DNA of 41,367 nt from Myxococcota bacterium. GTDB taxonomy: Bacteria; Myxococcota; SpSt-1050. Numbering within the stretch: the first letter of the stretch is position 1; each line of letters starts with the position of its first letter. The notes under the pieces were generated by a model. That model did no database searches and had not been told where the DNA came from. It saw nothing but the letters and a program-made list of their open reading frames with translations. The stretch spans positions 1 through 41,367 of the forward strand of contig JBMFOP010000013.1 in the NCBI GenBank assembly GCA_049969675.1. Direction: 5' to 3'. Positions 37,493 through 41,367 of the stretch are shown here, piece by piece. A program made the translations under genes and the position numbers.

Positions 37493-38722
37493 TTAGTAAT
37501 AAAATTTAATAAAAAATAGTGAGAGACTCTTATTATAACTGATATCCTCATTCATAACATCTTTTCTATTGGACTGCCTGTTGAGAAACATCTCAGAGAT
37601 TCCAGCCGAGAGCATCCTATTGATCATAAATTCAAGTGAGGCATTCAGTTCGAAGACGAGATCTGTATTGCCAATAATAGAGGAGTCACTTACCAATGGC
37701 TTCCCGAAGAGTTCATAGGAGAATGAGCCATCAATATTCAGCAAGAGTCTTCCAGCTAAGAGATATGAGAGTTTGGCATAGACCTTATCCACTCCGTAAT
37801 ACCCATATAATGAGGCTGGTTGAAAGTCCCTGGAATATCCAAGAGATGCCCTTGATTGAACATTGAAATCATAGGTAAGCTCAAATTTCCCTATTACCGA
37901 GCGATAGTTGTCACCCTGATTTGCAAAGGTATCCCCATAACCTACCTTGAGTGTTGTTGAAAGTCTTGGGGTCATCAGTCCCATAAGCCCTGCCATTGCC
38001 CTTATACCCATCTGGTCTTGATTCTGAATAGTTGTATTTCCTACAGTCTTCTTGTTGGGATAGCTTCTCATATCCATAGAAGATTCCAGCACAAATGCCG
38101 TTTTGGGGAAGAACTTCCACTTTATCTTCAATTCGGGCTGATGGGATATTGCATCCATAAAGGTAAGCCCCGTGTCCTTATCATAAAGTTCAAAGTAAAA
38201 CTTATATCCGAGACCCATCTCAAACGCCCCACCTGAAGGGATATAATTTAACTCTGCGCCCGATGAATTTGCAGTGCGATTAAAGTTGCCAATTGTGTCA
38301 GAGCGTGGGTCGTTATTTCTTGAAAATATATCCAGAATTACAAAGCTGATCTGCCCTTTTGGATTAAACGTAAGTCTCATATTTGCATCGGCATTGAGGG
38401 TACTATAATCTGAACTCTTCGGATTATCTATCCCAAAATACTTAATAATATTCAGTCCACTTCCCAGTTCAAAGGAGACTGCCTTCTCCGGAGTCTTAAG
38501 TTCAAGGACTGGCTTAACATTCATCTCAGCATCTGCCATAGAATATCTAGATGCCTGGTAATTCACATTTGTATCATATCCACCCTCAAGTCCAATCCCG
38601 AGGTGTAACCTCGTCTCACCTATCAAGAGCCCATTCCCCTCCGCCTGAGCCGTATGGGCATTGACTCCAACGAGGCTGAAGATAATAATAAGGGTAATAT
38701 TTCTAATCCAATTAATAGGCAT
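37493..38722 (-). CDS. Outer membrane beta-barrel protein (BBP2 / polysaccharide-export-associated type, inferred)
   Basis: Likely start 38722 with signal peptide (..AHTAQA); GYDTNV, KWKFFPKT, alternating beta-strands, aromatic C-terminus FFIKFYY. Confidence 0.8.
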   Translation of the reverse strand: MPINWIRNITLIIIFSLVGVNAHTAQAEGNGLLIGETRLHLGIGLEGGYDTNVNYQASRYSMADAEMNVKPVLELKTPEKAVSFELGSGLNIIKYFGIDNPKSSDYSTLNADANMRLTFNPKGQISFVILDIFSRNNDPRSDTIGNFNRTANSSGAELNYIPSGGAFEMGLGYKFYFELYDKDTGLTFMDAISHQPELKIKWKFFPKTAFVLESSMDMRSYPNKKTVGNTTIQNQDQMGIRAMAGLMGLMTPRLSTTLKVGYGDTFANQGDNYRSVIGKFELTYDFNVQSRASLGYSRDFQPASLYGYYGVDKVYAKLSYLLAGRLLLNIDGSFSYELFGKPLVSDSSIIGNTDLVFELNASLEFMINRMLSAGISEMFLNRQSNRKDVMNEDISYNKSLSLFFIKFYY

Positions 38723-38802
38723 AAAATACCATTTATCAGCAGAGCCTTTTAACATACAAAAATCAATATGCAAGTAAAAAAATCACAATTTTTGCATTTT
38801 GA

Positions 38803-39342
38803 TTATTGGTATGGACTGGCTCTCGGTGGTCTCTCAACCACTATAATATCCTTCTTCGGCTCTTCAGTGGGGTCCCTTTCTGTAATATCTTTGGGCTCCT
38901 CCACCTCCACCTTCGTCTCTCCGGGCGTCATTGAGATCTTTCCAGCACAGGCATTTGCCTCCTGATTGAGGGACTTTGCCTTCTGATATGCAATCTCCAC
39001 CTTCTCATACTCATGCTGTGCCACAATCTCATCCTTCTTTATCACCGCCTCCTGAAGCGCCACATCTGACTGCTCTGCGATCTTGAGCAATGCCTTAATG
39101 GCAGTCAAATTCTCATTTATACAATTAATCTTAACGACATCCTTCTCCTTGCGTGCATCTTCAAGAAGCGAGAGTATCTCCTTATAAATTCCCTTCATTT
39201 TCTTTATATATTCCTGACTCTTCTGGAGCATCTCCTTATCAGATAGCTTCTTTTCGGGCTCATCCTGCTTCTCCTGAGAGAAGGCGGCAATCGGAATCAT
39301 TAGGGCCACAATAGTTAAACAAAGGATAATCTTCTTCATCAT
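38803..39342 (-). CDS. Secreted alpha-helical hypothetical protein
   Basis: SD GGAGGT; signal peptide (AAFS-Q); helical core with KDVVKINCINE and EANAC (possible disulfide); Pro-rich tail PPRASPYQ. Confidence 0.8.
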   Translation of the reverse strand: MMKKIILCLTIVALMIPIAAFSQEKQDEPEKKLSDKEMLQKSQEYIKKMKGIYKEILSLLEDARKEKDVVKINCINENLTAIKALLKIAEQSDVALQEAVIKKDEIVAQHEYEKVEIAYQKAKSLNQEANACAGKISMTPGETKVEVEEPKDITERDPTEEPKKDIIVVERPPRASPYQ

Positions 39343-39489
39343 CCACCTCCATTATTTAATAATAATACACTATCTACTAATAAATCAAGTCTTTTTTACA
39401 ATTTTTATAAAATTATTTTTACAATTTGTGACTTTTTGCACAATCTCAACAGCCCTGGAATAGATTTTTCTTATACTCTAAAATTTAGT

Positions 39490-40500
39490 TTAACCTCTCC
39501 TTGCATACAAAAGCGAAAGATAATCTTCCAGATCGTTGTGCGAGTCTTTATCAATCTCATAGGGGAGGACACACCGGAACCATTCAGCAAAACTCTTCAG
39601 CCCCTTATCAATATCTGTACTGGGCGTATATCCTGTAATCCTTTTGAGGAGTGTATTATCTGAGCAGGTATAAGGGATATCAAATCTGCGGGCTTTTTTA
39701 TAGATAATTACTGGCTCTCTCTTAAGATATTTGCCAATCAGATGAATTATTCTTTCAAGTGTAACGGTTCTTCCACAACCTATATTTATAATAGGCATCT
39801 TCTGCATACTTTTAATAAAACCAAGATTTTTCATAATTAGAAGTATTGATTCTACAACATCACCAATATATGTAAAGTCCCGCTTAATGCCTCTGCCGAA
39901 GACAATAAGTGGTCTATTCTCTATTAAATCTTTTGCAAACCTAAAATATGCCATATCTGGTCTGCCATACTCCCCATAGACTGTAAAAAATCTAAGCCCG
40001 AGCGAAAAAGAATCATTATCTTTAAAAATCTCTTCTGTCCAGAGCTTCGTTATTGCATACTTTGAGATAGGTTTTATTTCTTTTTCATCTTCTACAAACT
40101 TACCCTTATTTATCTTTCCATATACTGAACTTGAAGATGCAAAAAGAACTGGAATATCGTATTTTTCAGAGAATCTGGATACCGCAATGGCTGATTCAAT
40201 TGTCAATCTCTGTGCATCTACATAATTCTTTTCAAATCTCTCTATACCCGAGATAGCGGCAAGATGAATTATCAGATCAATGTCATTTAATTTACTCAGG
40301 GCATCAGTTTCAACAGCCTTATTGATAAAATTAAAATTGTCAAATTTGGAGAGAATCTTGAGCCGAATCTTCTTGATCCACAGGTCATTATTGTCTATCA
40401 TTGCATCAATTCCGATTACAGATTTCCCATCTAATAGTAGCCTGCGTGCAATATGAAATCCAATAAATCCAGCCGCACCAGTTATAAGAATACGGTTCAT
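39490..40500 (-). CDS. NAD-dependent nucleotide-sugar epimerase (UDP-glucuronate 4-epimerase-like)
   Basis: Likely start 40500; ITGAAGFIG, ASSSSVYG, YAITK, LRFFTVYG..GRPDMA, RDFTYI. Confidence 0.9.
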   Translation of the reverse strand: MNRILITGAAGFIGFHIARRLLLDGKSVIGIDAMIDNNDLWIKKIRLKILSKFDNFNFINKAVETDALSKLNDIDLIIHLAAISGIERFEKNYVDAQRLTIESAIAVSRFSEKYDIPVLFASSSSVYGKINKGKFVEDEKEIKPISKYAITKLWTEEIFKDNDSFSLGLRFFTVYGEYGRPDMAYFRFAKDLIENRPLIVFGRGIKRDFTYIGDVVESILLIMKNLGFIKSMQKMPIINIGCGRTVTLERIIHLIGKYLKREPVIIYKKARRFDIPYTCSDNTLLKRITGYTPSTDIDKGLKSFAEWFRCVLPYEIDKDSHNDLEDYLSLLYARRG

Positions 40501-40581
40501 AATTTTCTTTATACTACATTTTAATACAAAAAGCACCAAATAAATGTCCATAAATCAGCCAAACCCAATTACAAGACCTCT

Positions 40582-40646
40582 CTAATTCGGCATAGCCGAA
40601 ACCCAAAGTCCAGAAAAATCTTCTGCACATTTTTCGTAGAAGTTAC
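40582..40646 (+). repeat. Dispersed ~65-bp double-hairpin repeat, copy C
   Basis: ctaattcggcatagccgaaacccaaagtccagaaaaatcttctgcacatttttcgtagaagttac; perfect TTCGGC-ATA-GCCGAA hairpin. Confidence 0.85.
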
Positions 40647-40758
40647 AAATATTTTTTAGATGCAAAAACCCACCTGATGAGTTAACCTGTTGATAAGATT
40701 TGACAAAAAACACAGTCTAATGTTTAACCCAATAACAACCAACGGGAGGGAGATAAAA

Positions 40759-40899
40759 ATGAAGGGTTTTAATACATCCATAGAAATTTTCAGACAAACA
40801 ATTGATTCAGTAGAGATTTCTCATTCCCCTCAATACAAAGAATCGCTCAATTTAGGTAAAATTGATTATGGACTGTGGACAATGGGCCATAAACAATAG
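40759..40899 (+). CDS. Possible 46-aa small ORF or gene remnant
   Basis: Strong SD (GGGAGG) before ATG 40759 and TTGACA at 40700; no recognisable domain; 3' end consists of heptamer repeats. Confidence 0.3.
   Translation: MKGFNTSIEIFRQTIDSVEISHSPQYKESLNLGKIDYGLWTMGHKQ
40865..40899 (+). repeat. Second heptamer array related to ACTATGG
   Basis: attatgg actgtgg acaatgg gccataa acaatag. Confidence 0.6.
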
Positions 40900-40968
40900 T
40901 TGAATGTTAAAAAAACAAGTCAAGAATTTTCTTAACAATCCTACCAAAATATTTCTTCGTTTCGTATT

Positions 40969-41093
40969 GCAATGCATAAGTTTATATGGATTGATTATTC
41001 ATCCTACTGCTGGAGCAATGGGTTGAAGCGATTATTTTATTTATTTAGGAAGTTCTCTATTGCCCGCCAAGCCTCTAAAAACTTATGCAGTGC
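40969..41093. mobile_element. 125-bp MITE-like element bounded by 18-bp inverted repeats
   Basis: gcaatgcataagtttata (40969..40986) matches the reverse complement of 41076..41093, gcactgcataagttttta, at 16/18; no target-site duplication seen. Confidence 0.45.
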
Positions 41094-41218
41094 GAATCAT
41101 CCGACGAGCAATGCGAGGCAGGATGATTCTTTTGTGCATTTGCGTAAGCATAGCACGACAAAATTAACATAAAAACCTAATTGGCAATAGCCGAAATGGC
41201 TGAACGAAGTGAAGCCAT
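41094..41218 (+). repeat. Cluster of REP-like hairpins with tandem-GA / triloop cores
   Basis: gaatcatcc..c-GA-GC-AAT-GC-GA-g..ggatgattc; gtgc..tgc-gtaa-gca..gcac; atggct-GA-AC-GAA-GT-GA-agccat; includes a partial copy of the 65-bp repeat at 41177..41196. Confidence 0.6.
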
Positions 41219-41277
41219 CTGTATATTTTTGAAATCATTGTAGAGAAATGAAGATAGAAAAATAGAGCAAAATTAAT

Positions 41278-41367
41278 CTAATAAACCACCTTTTCCCAAT
41301 CAAATTTAACTATATTCCTCTCCTCCTTTGAAAATTCTATCCCTACTATGTATATCTCCCTCCCCAT
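41278..41367 (-). CDS. 3' end of a probable AAA-ATPase-like / PD-(D/E)XK nuclease domain protein (runs off the window)
   Basis: The minus strand reads ...GREIYIVGIEFSKEERNIVKFDWEKVVY*, resembling the C-terminus of PDDEXK_9-type proteins (recognised by eye). Confidence 0.65.
   Translation of the reverse strand: MGREIYIVGIEFSKEERNIVKFDWEKVVY

Noticed and set aside
40672..40700. CTGATGAG followed by a short stem as a hammerhead ribozyme or fluoride riboswitch
   Set aside because: Lacks the GAAA after stem II, stems I/III, and the 5' GGnGATG element of the fluoride riboswitch.
40972..41172. 66-aa ORF from the track
   Set aside because: Runs across the MITE-like IRs and hairpin cluster, with no SD or domain; likely spurious.

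Overview
AT-rich bacterial chromosomal window. Gene content suggests a Myxococcota/deltaproteobacterial lineage (inference from Myxococcales-type Cys-rich repeats, the lysS-lolC/E-lolD-bamA order and the rpoN-PTS(Ntr) operon). Left to right: two very Cys-rich lipoproteins and a Zn-ribbon gene (+) converge on an operon VKOR-DsbA fusion > Cys-rich secreted protein with a GCSC tail > TolC (-). Then come rpoN-hpf-ptsN-hprK-rapZ-EIIA(Man)-ptsH-ptsI-hypothetical (-), an SDR (+), a maltose-type ABC importer with an FSA-type aldolase inside it (-), a C45 Ntn-hydrolase with TPR-like tail (+), an internally deleted IS, lysS-lolC/E-lolD-bamA (-), a sigma54 response regulator-thiolase-permease-TIGR01777 run and a sirtuin (+), an OM beta-barrel, a secreted helical protein and a nucleotide-sugar epimerase (-), and the 3' end of a probable PD-(D/E)XK-family gene. 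Non-coding structure missed by the ORF track: a ~65-bp double-hairpin repeat in three dispersed copies plus one partial copy, a 332-bp IS remnant with 31-bp inverted ends and transposase-like fragments, a 125-bp MITE-like element, tandem-GA mini-hairpins and two heptamer arrays. No rRNA, tRNA or CRISPR array was recognised. The best candidates for something new are the disulfide-rich surface-protein cluster (with a possible truncated MYXO-CTERM-like signal) and the dispersed hairpin repeat family. All family calls come from motif recognition by eye; no searches were run.
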